The position numbers and the translations under genes are program-made. A stretch of 58,283 nt of DNA, counting the filler, from Sphacelaria rigidula (taxonomy: Eukaryota), in assembly GCA_964200075.2 (NCBI GenBank). It is 7 parts of 7 records of this genome, joined end to end, with 100 filler letters (N's around TTAATTAATTAA, not from the genome) between each part and the next. Parts side by side here need not be neighbours in the genome. Positions count along the whole stretch, not along the records: positions 41,704 to 49,943 come from CAXNAA020011811.1; positions 50,044 to 58,283 come from CAXNAA020011812.1; 5 more parts are not named here. One strand, written 5' to 3'. Positions 48,038 to 58,283 of this stretch are shown here, piece after piece. A model generated the notes under the pieces. The model saw only the letters and a list, made by a program, of their open reading frames with translations. It searched no databases and had not been told where the DNA came from. How positions within the stretch are numbered: the stretch's first letter is position 1; each line of letters opens with the position of its first letter.

Positions 48038-49497
48038 CAAGCCGATGCGAAGCGCGACCTGCTGGACGCGATCGCGCCGTTGGAGAAGGGAATCGCTGCA
48101 ACAGAGGAAGACGTTGCGAAGGTGGAGTCGTTGGCGCAGAAGCTGGAGAAGATGAACCCCAACCCTGCGTGAGTGTTCGTGTGCATTTGAATAGTGCTGA
48201 GCCAAGGAGGTTGAAGGCCGGCTTGTTTTGGCGTTTTCTATTGTGGTCAGAATTTTGGATCGGTTTCGTAGAACTGCTTTCCTGTAGGGCAGGCATGCCT
48301 TTTCCCGGCCAATTCGGTGGAGCAGTGGGGCCTCGTCTTTTTCGGGGTTTTTTCGATCCGAAAACGTGCGGTGGAATCGAATGAGCTCGAATCCGATACG
48401 TCCACGGTACCTGTATTCTCAGATGGCCTCAAACTCATTTTGTATTTACTTGCGCGCGACGGGCAGGGTGACAAACAAAACAGCTCGGCATTTTCGATCG
48501 AAAACACGCGACGGAAAAAAACAAAAGGGGGCTTGACTCTCATTTTGCAGCCCACCACGCAGGATACCACCCTTTAACAGAACAATATAAATCTTTTCAC
48601 ACTTTCCTCCAAAACCCAACGTAAGCCGCGGCATAAATCATGAGTCGAGCACAAGGTACATACACTGCAGTAATAGGTAACCTACACTACCACCCGGTAG
48701 GTATGATGTGTTTATTTTTTGCCGACGAAAACTTGAGCATCTTGTTTTTTGGCAGGGGTCAGGGATGGCATCGCGCGGTACGGTAAGCGACCGACTAGCG
48801 AACACGCCTATGGACAGTACAGACAGTACAAAACGACACGTTGTTCAAATCATTTTTACATCCTTTTGTATGAAGATAGTATGGACAGTCCTGTGCTGTC
48901 TGTACTGCACGTTGCCCTCTTGTTCACATCCTGCTATACGAAAAACACACTGTGCAGGCAGTACAGACAGCACTGCACTGTCTGTACTGCATACAAGCGA
49001 ACAAGTACCGCTTCACGAATTCCACCGTCTTCTGCGACCGAAAGCGTGCTAATTCGCTTTGACCCGAACGCATTTAAACAAACGAATTCAAGTCTGCCGC
49101 ACCCATTCGTTGGACATTTGATGGGTTTAATTGATCGATTTATTGTCGCACTTTAACTGACCCCCCCGGGATCCAGCAGTGGTCACATGATGGACGTACC
49201 CAATCGAAACAAAGTTGAAACACTCGCTGAAAAACACCATTTTTTTTTATAAGACAGGGCCTGAGTTCTCCCTATTCAGTAGCAGAGCCGCAGTACGGTC
49301 GGTGATGGGGGCTGTTGTAGGCATGTGTAAGTCATAATTCAGCACCACACTTAGTTTGTTCTATCTTTTCGTGTGTTCACAGGTCGCTAGCTTCGCCGCT
49401 GATAAACGGGCGGTGGGAGCTAGTGTACACCACTTCCGGCAGCATCCTGGGGAAGAACAAGCCTCGCAGGCTACGGCCCAATGGTCCCATATACCAG
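48038..49497 (+). CDS. FBN3: PAP/fibrillin (plastid lipid-associated protein, FBN3-like); two internal exons, partial
   Basis: Exon 48038-48168 (QADAKRDLLDAIAPLEKGIAATEEDVAKVESLAQKLEKMNPNP) splices in phase to 49383-49497 (ASLASPLINGRWELVYTTSGSILGKNKPRRLRPNGPIYQ). The LExxNP and GxWELxYTTS motifs are typical of fibrillins. Confidence 0.92.
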
Positions 49498-49689
49498 GTA
49501 CCCTCGTTTCTTGTTTTCCTCTCGAAACATTGTGCGCTGCCAGATGTCAACAAGATGAAAATTGTCAGCGGAAATGGGGGACGTTTGTCATTTTTCGTAG
49601 TCGGCGTTTTCCAATTGCTTTTCCACGTGGCACCGCTTATCCCAGTGAACGTTTGATTCCGAAGTTTGGGGATCGGGAGATTCTAGGCA

Positions 49690-49821
49690 TAGCCTGGTCC
49701 GGCGAGAACCTGGCGTGCTCTGTCCTGGCTTTGTAGGGGTGGATCCCCGATGGCGTTGGCGTTGGTTGGCAATGACGCTATAAAACACGCCACTCACTGC
49801 GTAAGCGAGGCAACCAGGTTA
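49690..49821 (+). mobile_element. Short dispersed element D (~130 bp, TAGCCTGG..CCAGGTTA termini)
   Basis: Three homologous copies occur in three contigs, and this one has both 8-bp inverted ends. Confidence 0.75.
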
Positions 49822-49943
49822 CCGTTTTTTTTTGCGCACTTGCGTTTTTTTTGCGGTAGCCATGGTGGTAGTCCAGCTAGATCATGTTGTGTGGCGTGAG
49901 AGAACCTCAACTCCGCACAATGGGGATGATCGCACTACGTAGT

Positions 49944-50043
49944 NNNNNNNNNNNNNNNNNNNNNNNNNNNNNNNNNNNNNNNNNNNNTTAATTAATTAAN
50001 NNNNNNNNNNNNNNNNNNNNNNNNNNNNNNNNNNNNNNNNNNN
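49944..50043. other. Artificial contig linker
   Basis: N44-TTAATTAATTAA-N44. Confidence 0.98.
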
Positions 50044-50112
50044 CCCACATATCCCGAAAGGGGTAGACTGGCGTCCAGAATAAATGGGACGACAACACAC
50101 AACACACAACAC
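50044..50112 (+). mobile_element. 3' end of the tRNA-derived SINE at the contig start
   Basis: ggcgtccagaataaatgggacgacaacacacaacacac matches the tail of 50199-50567. Confidence 0.75.
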
Positions 50113-50198
50113 TGGCTGTAGAAAGCTCTTGTTCAGGGTGTAATACATTTCCACACATATTAGGCGGTGAGATCGTGAAATAATCCACGGTACATTAT

Positions 50199-50567
50199 CG
50201 GTCGCCCCGGTGGCTTAGTTGGTAACCTCGAAACCTTCTGACGGTTGGGTCGTGGGTTCAATTTTCGAAGCGATCTGGGATTTTTTCTCACACAATGTCC
50301 AGCAGTAGAGAGCGACTATGTCGTGGGTAGACACAAGTCAACTTAACGGTCGACGAGGGAAAGGAACTGCTGAACCCCTCTCGAGATGAAATATAAAGGC
50401 AACCACCGCAGAAGGAAGGTGGGGTACTAAAAACAAAGAAAAAATAATACGCTCCTGTGTTGACCTTCCTCCTGTGTGACCCCGGCTGATGCGCCCACTT
50501 ATACCGACAGGTTTAGACCGGCGTCCAGAATAGAAGGGACGACAACACACACACACACACACACACA
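50199..50567 (+). mobile_element. tRNA-derived SINE, full length (~370 bp)
   Basis: Head cggtcgccccggtggcttagttgg (A box) ... gtgggttcaatt (B-box-like), a conserved body and a (CA)n tail. Confidence 0.85.
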
Positions 50568-52440
50568 TGGCCGAAGTGGAAGTGAGGCAGTCACTGGAAT
50601 ATTCACGTGCAAAGCCTGTGCGGCCGTACTTTAAGTCGATAGCGCTAGAAGAACACCAGCGCAACAACCATCCCGGCTGCGGGCCTGTTCGCACGGCCGT
50701 CCCGGCAGTGATGGGACTGTCTGCACCGGGATGTCGCCCCCAGTGCCAGGTACGCCGGCAAGGGTCCGTGGCACTATCCACTGGTCGCGCGACAGGAGTT
50801 CAACCTTCGACTGTCGAGATTTTTGAGGCGGAAATGTTCAGCTCCCAACCCTCAAATATATAGCGGACCATAAACGATGCTTGTTCGCTGGGTTTCTTCG
50901 AGTGTTCATCCATAACTGGGCGAAGATTGATTGATGATGAGGCCGGCAGGATCCGCCGCAGCCTGCGTGCTCAACTGTCACTGTACCCACTATTGCTGTA
51001 ATCAGACAGCAGGGTGTTTAAAAAATAAAATCCCACACACCGTGGGTATCCACCGTATCAATGCAGACCGTGCCATCAGCGAGTTCCCCTGCTGCAGCTG
51101 TGACCTTGACACCCTACTCTAATACTAATCCACATATTCTCCAATGATATTCAACATGCTTTTGTGGACTGTTGGGTTCACATAACTGGGACCCACATGA
51201 CGCAGATATATGACGATGTTAGAGACTTCACGTCAATACTAAACAATAAGGGATCTCAAATCATTCGACTCGTGTTCGCTGCTGACCAAGGCCAAGGCAA
51301 TGTTCAACTGTTTTCAACTGCTTTGCTCTCGTGTTCTCGTTACATTCGCTGCATAACCGCTGTCGTCGTGCTCCCAATTCAACGAGAACGCAAACAAAAA
51401 CACGGTGAAAAAATACCCCGCCGTGAACAGGCTTTTGTGATTCGGGTTCCTGTTTGAAGCTTTCCACTATCTTGACAAGACGTTTGTGGTTCGGGATCGA
51501 CACCCCGCGAGAAAGAGCCAGTTCGGGTGACTTTCGGTGGCCAGAACACGCGCCACAGATATCAGATGACACTCAAACCTGAACGGTAATGTACCGCTGC
51601 GCCTTCTTCATGCGCCGCAAAAGAAAGCGCGAGATAAAATGCCTCGCTGCCAGAGAAAACTCGGCAAAAGTGGTGAAAAATGTTAAGTGATACATGTACA
51701 TACATATGTTCGTATTCCCGGTCATTTCACTCACAAGGTAATCGTTCGTAGAGGGTCCTACAAGTATACAGCCTCAGGTTCTAGATTCTTGATGTTTTCG
51801 TTCGATTGGACCGATCCCGATAGTGAAATATGGGTTTGGACTCCCGCAAGACGCGTCACATTCGATTTTTCTATTTCTCTAGGCTGTCTGATCTGATTCA
51901 CGTCCTTAAAAGCACGAGAACGTGCCTAGCGAAAAAGAGTTTCTTCGACTGAGTTTGTTTCGAGAGGCAACGCGGTACAGGAGTGGTGATGGTCATGATC
52001 CAACACGCGAGACCAGAATATCAAGGCGTGTACCGTACAGAGGGAGAAAGGGGTTGATCCCATGAGAGAGACCACGGCTCCGTCTCGAGGAACGGGAGGG
52101 GTTTGGAGTATGACCAAAGAAGAACAAAAAAATGGAGCTGACTCGTGAGGGTCACCAACTTGACTTTAGTGCAGTACGATACAGAACATTATATCACGAA
52201 CAGAACCATCAATATCTGCACGTGCCATCAAGAATTACATTTTGCCGGTATGGCGCGTATATTGCCGAGATATATTATATATACATATATATATATATAT
52301 ATACTCTCATTAGTCTGTTCATTGGCATTCAGTCGTTTGGGTCCAACGATTTCAGTGGCGATGCTATTTTCGGGATTATTGGAAGGATACAATGCAGACG
52401 ATGCTAGTGCAGAAATAAAGAAACAGTATGTTTTTTCGGT

Positions 52441-52805
52441 GTGTGTGTTGTGTGTTGTCCTTTCATCTATTCTGGGCGCCGGGCTACACCTTTCGGTATA
52501 TGTGGGCGCACCAGCCGGGGTCACACAGGAAGAAGGGCAACACAGGAGTTTTTTCTTTTGTTATTTGTCTTTACTACCCCACCTTCCTTCTGCAATGCTC
52601 GCCTTCTTGTTTTTTATCGCGAGAGGGGTTCAGCGGTCCCGTTCCCTCGTCGACCGTTGAGTCGAATTTTGTGTACCCACGACATGGTCGTTCTCCACTG
52701 TTGGGTATGGTGCGAGAAAAAATCCCACATCGCTCCGAGAAGTAAACCCACGACCCAACCGTCAAAAGGTGTCGAGGTTGCCAACTGAGCCACCGGGGCG
52801 ACCGG
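52441..52805 (-). mobile_element. tRNA-derived SINE, full length
   Basis: The reverse complement begins ccggtcgccccggtggctcagttgg and ends in a caacacacaacacac tail. Confidence 0.85.
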
Positions 52806-54319
52806 CTTTTTTCTGAAAAAATTGAATGGAACAACACATGCACCACTCAATCCTCGGACTTTGGGATTAAATGTTATCCGCGAGAAGTATAGGTAACTCA
52901 AAAACCTGGAAAGGACAGAAAAAAAAAACGGTTTCAACCGGAATGCTAGCAGTGCCTGGATCTTCTCTATGAAATCATTTGAGAAATCCATCCCCGAAAG
53001 GGAATATTTGCGCTCTCATTTTGCTGTACGATCTTGCCCTGCAACACAGGGTTTCAAGGGTCGGACGAATCAATGATTCGTCCGGAAATTGCTTGATTTT
53101 GGTGTGATTGATTTGTACGGTACGAATGAATCCTCACACTTTCTTGTTTTCAGCATTGCAACCCAGGTACGCGAAGCCCAGGCACGTGGAATGGCGCAAA
53201 CGTTGCGTGGAGACCTGTTCGACGAACGGTCGACTTTTTTTTCTCTCTTTTGATCAATCAGGCCTGATAAATCGCGGGTATGGTGATTCGAAGCGGCGAT
53301 GATTCATCCGAACCGTGCGGGGTTTGTAGCAACGAAAGCAGGGGGGGAGCCTACACAGGAGGTAGAATTCCTAGGGCCGAAGATCATGAGAGTAGAGCGG
53401 CGCGTGCACTACGCCAAGTTGCCAGGGGCTTTTCGTGGGTTCCACCCCACACTACCCCCACACTACCTCGAGCCAAAGCTTTCCGAACGCCCGAGGCGCC
53501 CACCCCACATGACTGTCTTGAGGCGGTCTGGCCGAGCCTCCCGGGAAACGGCACACGAACCCTCTTGCTGGATCATGTGTTGGGTAAGGTTTCCGACGTC
53601 CCTCAAAGAAACAGAAAAAAACAGAGGTAAATATCGAACTGAAGACACCCTGCTCCGTCTCGAAAAGGATGCGTGGTCAATGGTCAAACGACTAAGGCAA
53701 GCAACAAATGAGTACGCCGCCCCCCGCCCCCCCCCCCCCCCCCACTACTCGCCTCCGATCTCACGGCTGCTGTACCAAGGCTACAGGTGAAAAAAAGCAG
53801 GAGTAGCCGGCTCCCATCAGCACACCGCCCACACCGCCCTCCACCAAGGATCGAATGAATAACGATTCGTCTGAGAATCACTTGATCATATTGTAATAGA
53901 TTCACACCGTACGAATAAATCCTCGGGCTTGTCTTCAGCGTTGCATCTCAGGTACGCGGACCCCCGGCACGAGGGAAAATAGCGCAAACAATGCATAGAT
54001 AGGGGTTTTGACCCGCGGTCGACACTGTTCCTGTCTTCGGGCACTCAAACCTCAGAAATCATAGATTTGGTGATGGGAACCAGCCAAATATCGTCCGACC
54101 GTTGAAATCCACCATGTACGTGTACGTGTGACGCAGATCACCTTCGAAGACGTTCGGATGTCTCTCTTATTTCGATTTGAACGCAAGATGCTAAAACGAG
54201 TGTGTGCTTCGCACCGTATGTGCGGCAATCGGTATCTACCGAGGTTGTCTTCTGTAGGGTATACCCCGAAAGCGGCGCATTCTTGGTTGTTGGAATACGA
54301 TACCATACCAAAATGTGTG

Positions 54320-54569
54320 CTGAACATCCCGGTATGGTCCAGCAGGATTACGAGCATTGTTCCGAATAAATAATCCGGTGAGATTCGGAAGGGTATTTAC
54401 AGATAAAAAAGCTTTTTCAGGCTCCTGTAAATACCCGAAGTTTACTGAACATCCCGGTATGGTCCGGCAGGATTTCGATCATTGTTCCGAATAAATAATC
54501 CGGTGAGATTCGGAAGGGTATTCACCGATGAAACACCTTTTTTAGGCTCCTGCAAATACCCGAAGTTCA
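54320..54569. repeat. Tandem duplication, 125-bp unit x2
   Basis: ctgaacatcccggtatggtcc...aaatacccgaagtt starts at 54320 and 54445. Confidence 0.9.
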
Positions 54570-56234
54570 CCCGGAATGGATGGGATGGATGAGATGGGAT
54601 GCGCTTTTCAGAAAAGATGAAGGCAATATTATAATATGAATCGAACAACAAATCAATAATTCGGATAAGGGGAATACAACATATGAATCGAAAAATAATT
54701 CAATCATGCGATCATTTGCGCAAAATTAAACCAGCGGCCGGCGCAAATACTTCGAAAGAAAAGGAATGAACGGACCAGCGAATAGCCGATAATCGAAATT
54801 GAGGATGGAGTTTTTAATTGAGGATGATAACCCAGAAAGTTGAAATTTGTGAACCCCAGCATTTCACCCGGGAACTTCAGTCGGAATATTCTACTGAACA
54901 GCCCTGGAATCTACCGCCGAGTCCTACGCTCGACGCCACCGGCAACCCAATATCTCGTGGTGCGGGTGATCATTCGGAAATCTGCTGGAGACCAGAAGGT
55001 AGGTTTTACAAACTTCGTGGTGACATTTACGCAAAAAAAACAGCACGATGTTGATAGAGAAATAACATACTTGATTTGCCAATATGGTCGTGGGACTGTT
55101 CGTTCCAGTTTTTCATCATTTGAAGGACGGGGGGTCTTGGAATGCTCGACTTCGATCCCATGTAATGCTGTGGAAACAAAAAAAAACGTTTTTTTCCCCG
55201 TCGTACACACAAAAGAAACGCGGTACCGTATGATCCTTTGGGGGTATCCTCGATGATGGACGGGTGTGACCCACATTCGTGGAACGTCCCTTTTGTGAGG
55301 ACGGCGCGTAATCTACGCGACGGTGGATATACTGAGCTGTGGAAAGAGGGCCTTTCAGTCACGAACACGACACTAAGGAAGGTTTTTCTCACACGTCAGA
55401 GGAGTCGCTGCCCAAATTTTCTGGGGGGAAAACAGGAAACGAAATGAGGCATTTTCCCTCACTAAAAATGACTAGTAACGGGACTCTATTTCTTTTAATT
55501 TGTTCGACTTTCTCGGAGAACCTGGGGTTTTTTCCGACCTTTGCAACGGAAAAAAAAAGCAAAGAAGAACCCAACGCTAGTTTCCTCGAGTGATATGTCG
55601 TCGGTCTTAAACTGATCCATTGTTTGACCTGGTTGCGAAATCTGCTATCACATTGTCCGGGAAGGAGTTTTTCTTTTCCGAAAAAGTACAAACAAGTCTG
55701 GAAAAAAAACGGCCCCGGAAATACCCGCCCTCAAACGCAACAAAATACGGAAACAGTTCCAGTGATCGAAGTTCGCAGTTATCCTGCTCGCGGGACAACG
55801 TCAAGTTTTTTTCATCATGTTGGTCTGCGATGTGATGTTCCGTACCGTGCTTTGTAATACATGAAGGATGAAAGTAGCTGCCAGCGCAGTTGCAGGCATT
55901 TTTCAATTTCGGGGAAGACGTTACTATAATTATTATTTTATTATTATCAGTATTATAATCAATGATATTATTTTATTCTTGTTATTATTATTATGTCCGT
56001 CACATTAGCCCGATCTCTCGAACCCCTGGTCACAGAGTGCGAGCAGCAATCTGGGTAGACAAGCGATGAATATAACCCGATACTCGCTCACATTTAAAAC
56101 AAAGCGCGTCGAGGAATCATTTCTTAGATTCGAAGAACCATTCATGCCTCAACCAAGCGTTCCTGCACGGTTCGCCGGAACGGGGTCACGTTCGAAATAT
56201 ACGGGTGTATCAATAGCAATGGAGAAGAGGTATT

Positions 56235-56481
56235 CACACGTTGGACTGCTCATGAGCTACCTAAGATAACTCATTGAAGAGGCCTCTCAGATCCCTTGAC
56301 TGAGAATATAAGATACATGACAGCGGAGTCCGAGAAGCCGGGGCGCTACCTTTGCGTCAGACCGCGTGGTCGCTATCCAGCGCTAAGGGGAGAAAATATG
56401 AAAATATTGAAAAAGGGGCCAAGTGACCTAGCTCATGATCCGGATCACTACACTACGAGGAAGTAATATTTAGGTGCTCAT
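56235..56481. mobile_element. MITE family A copy, one end truncated
   Basis: Starts cacacgttggactgctcatgagctaccta and contains tagctcatgatccggatca, the reverse complement of 4985-5003. Confidence 0.7.
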
Positions 56482-56495
56482 TTTAGGCCGGCCAT

Positions 56496-56525
56496 TTCTT
56501 CTTCTTCTTCTTCTTCTTCTTCTTC
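56496..56525. repeat. (TTC)n microsatellite
   Basis: About 10 TTC units. Confidence 0.9.
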
Positions 56526-58171
56526 TTTCACATCTTGGTCTACTTTGTCGTTCTGTTCGACTTTTTTCTTTTTTCTGTTCCTTCTTTTATTCAGCGGGCG
56601 TTTGAGTTTTGATTTTTTGGGGTACGTCTATCATGATACCACGGCTGGACCCCTGGGGGAACAGTTAGAGTGCGACAATCAATCAAGCAATCAATCAATC
56701 ATGACCTGTTCGACGCGTGGCTGAAGCATTGCAAACCAGTTTTTTTGTTTACTTGTCTCTGGGAGACAGATAGGAGGGAACCTTAACCATGCGCTTCGGT
56801 ATTTCCAGGTTTGTGCAGCGGGACCAGATATGCCTTTCTCGTTCACAATGCCATCTTCCACTTATTCTGAACAAAAGCACTCCAAATCAGATAAATATGC
56901 CTTCTTCGTTCAAGAGGTCATCTTCCATATATTCTGCATAGAGCACGTTAATTGCAGGGGTAAGTGAAGGAGCTTACTTGGGGGTAAGACAAGCGATCAC
57001 AGAACGCCACCACCACCCGTAAATTTATATCTGTACTGAAAGGAGGATCCCTTTCAATGCGCATCATCGGCATCAGCACTTGACAATAGAGGGGTGATCT
57101 GCTTTGTCCGTATGTGATATGCACTTGACATGCCGTCCTATTTTGAATACAACGAACGAAATTGCTACGTAATTGCGTGCTACTTGGATCGATCTTATTT
57201 CAAAATAGGCGGGAGGGGGTGGGGGATGGCGATAGGACACGCGAAAGCATAACGCTACATCTACGAATAGTATGACAATGAATGATCTACTCCTTCATCA
57301 CATACTAACATCAATACATTTTGATCTGTACTCGACCGAGCATCCTGTTCAAGATGCACCTCATTAAGATCAGCACGTAATACATATCGACGATCTACTC
57401 TATTCTCACGTACGTGCACGCGCAAAAGCGCTGCGGAACGTAAGCTTCACGTAACATCATACGGCATTAAAATTGGAATGTGCCATGGACAAACGGGTGC
57501 AGACAGCTGTCCTAAATAAGTTCACTCACCAGCACGAGTTCGAGAGCAAAGGTGATCACGTAACCCCACGTGAAAGCGAAGGTGACCACATGGACGTAAG
57601 TGTTGATATTGGCCTTGCGGGGATCGTACAACAGAAACGAATACACCGCCGGTCCCCCCAGCGAGGCACCCTGCGGGATAGAAAAGAGTAAAAAAATAAA
57701 AGAGAACCGGAAATCAAACATGTTAGCGGTCTACACTTTTTTGGCACTACAAATGTACTTATTCATCCCGTCTTCCAGAGATTGCGCAAGGCTGGTCGAG
57801 CCAAGATACTGGTCATCATACAGATGAGAGTTGGTGTGCTCTGTTATGTTTCTGTGAATCTGTTTTCTCCGTCGATTTGTTTTCCGATTCATCAATAACT
57901 CGTCTCCGTGAGGGTCCGATCGTAAGCGAAGAATCGAATACAGCGCCGGATCCCAATGCCACTCGTGATACTGCACACACCCGTCGGCGAGACAAAAAGA
58001 CCAAATCCAACGTGTATCTTGGTTTGTCCTCTCGTCAACATTCACTTTGCTGTTGGGGTGAAAAGATGAGTGCATTCCCCCAACGGCCATTGATTGATTA
58101 ATTAACCGAATCTTGCACTACCCGATTATGTCAAGACACTTTCTACGATAGCCCCCCCCCCCAAAAAAACT

Positions 58172-58283
58172 TAGCCTGGTCCGGCGAGAACCCGGCGTGC
58201 TCCGTCCCGGCTTTGTAGGGGCAGACCCCCGATGGGGCTGGCGTCGGTTGGCGATGACGCTATAAAACACGCCACTCACTACG
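58172..58283 (+). mobile_element. Element D copy truncated by the contig end
   Basis: tagcctggtccggcgagaacc...ataaaacacgccactcact is near-identical to 49690-49798. Confidence 0.8.

Noticed and set aside
50199-50275. Functional tRNA gene
   Set aside because: It does not fold into a proper cloverleaf and is the head of a repeated SINE.

Overview
This is eukaryotic, intron-rich genomic DNA at roughly 50% GC. It is most likely from a photosynthetic stramenopile such as a brown alga, inferred from short exons with 0.2-3 kb introns, GTGAGC/GTAAGT donors and a plastid fibrillin gene. The window is not one locus. It is seven unrelated ~8.24 kb contigs (1-8241, 8342-16582, 16683-24923, 25024-33263, 33364-41603, 41704-49943, 50044-58283) joined by artificial 100-nt N44-TTAATTAATTAA-N44 linkers, so gene neighbourhood across linkers means nothing. 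Genes reconstructed by hand: (1) a 5'-partial 10-exon CDKC/CDK12-type RNA Pol II CTD kinase; (2) a 5'-partial 10-exon homologue of the fungal galactosaminogalactan deacetylase Agd3 (CE18) with all metal-binding/catalytic motifs intact, which is the most notable feature; (3) three exons of a CTDSPL2/SCP-type NIF phosphatase; (4) two exons of an FBN3-like PAP/fibrillin; (5) one probable MFS-transporter exon. Two introns are best explained by non-canonical GC donors. The remainder is repeat-rich: a tRNA-derived SINE family, at least five MITE families (three with demonstrable TSDs), a hAT transposase relic, Helitron-like 3' ends, satellites and unidentified decayed ORFs.
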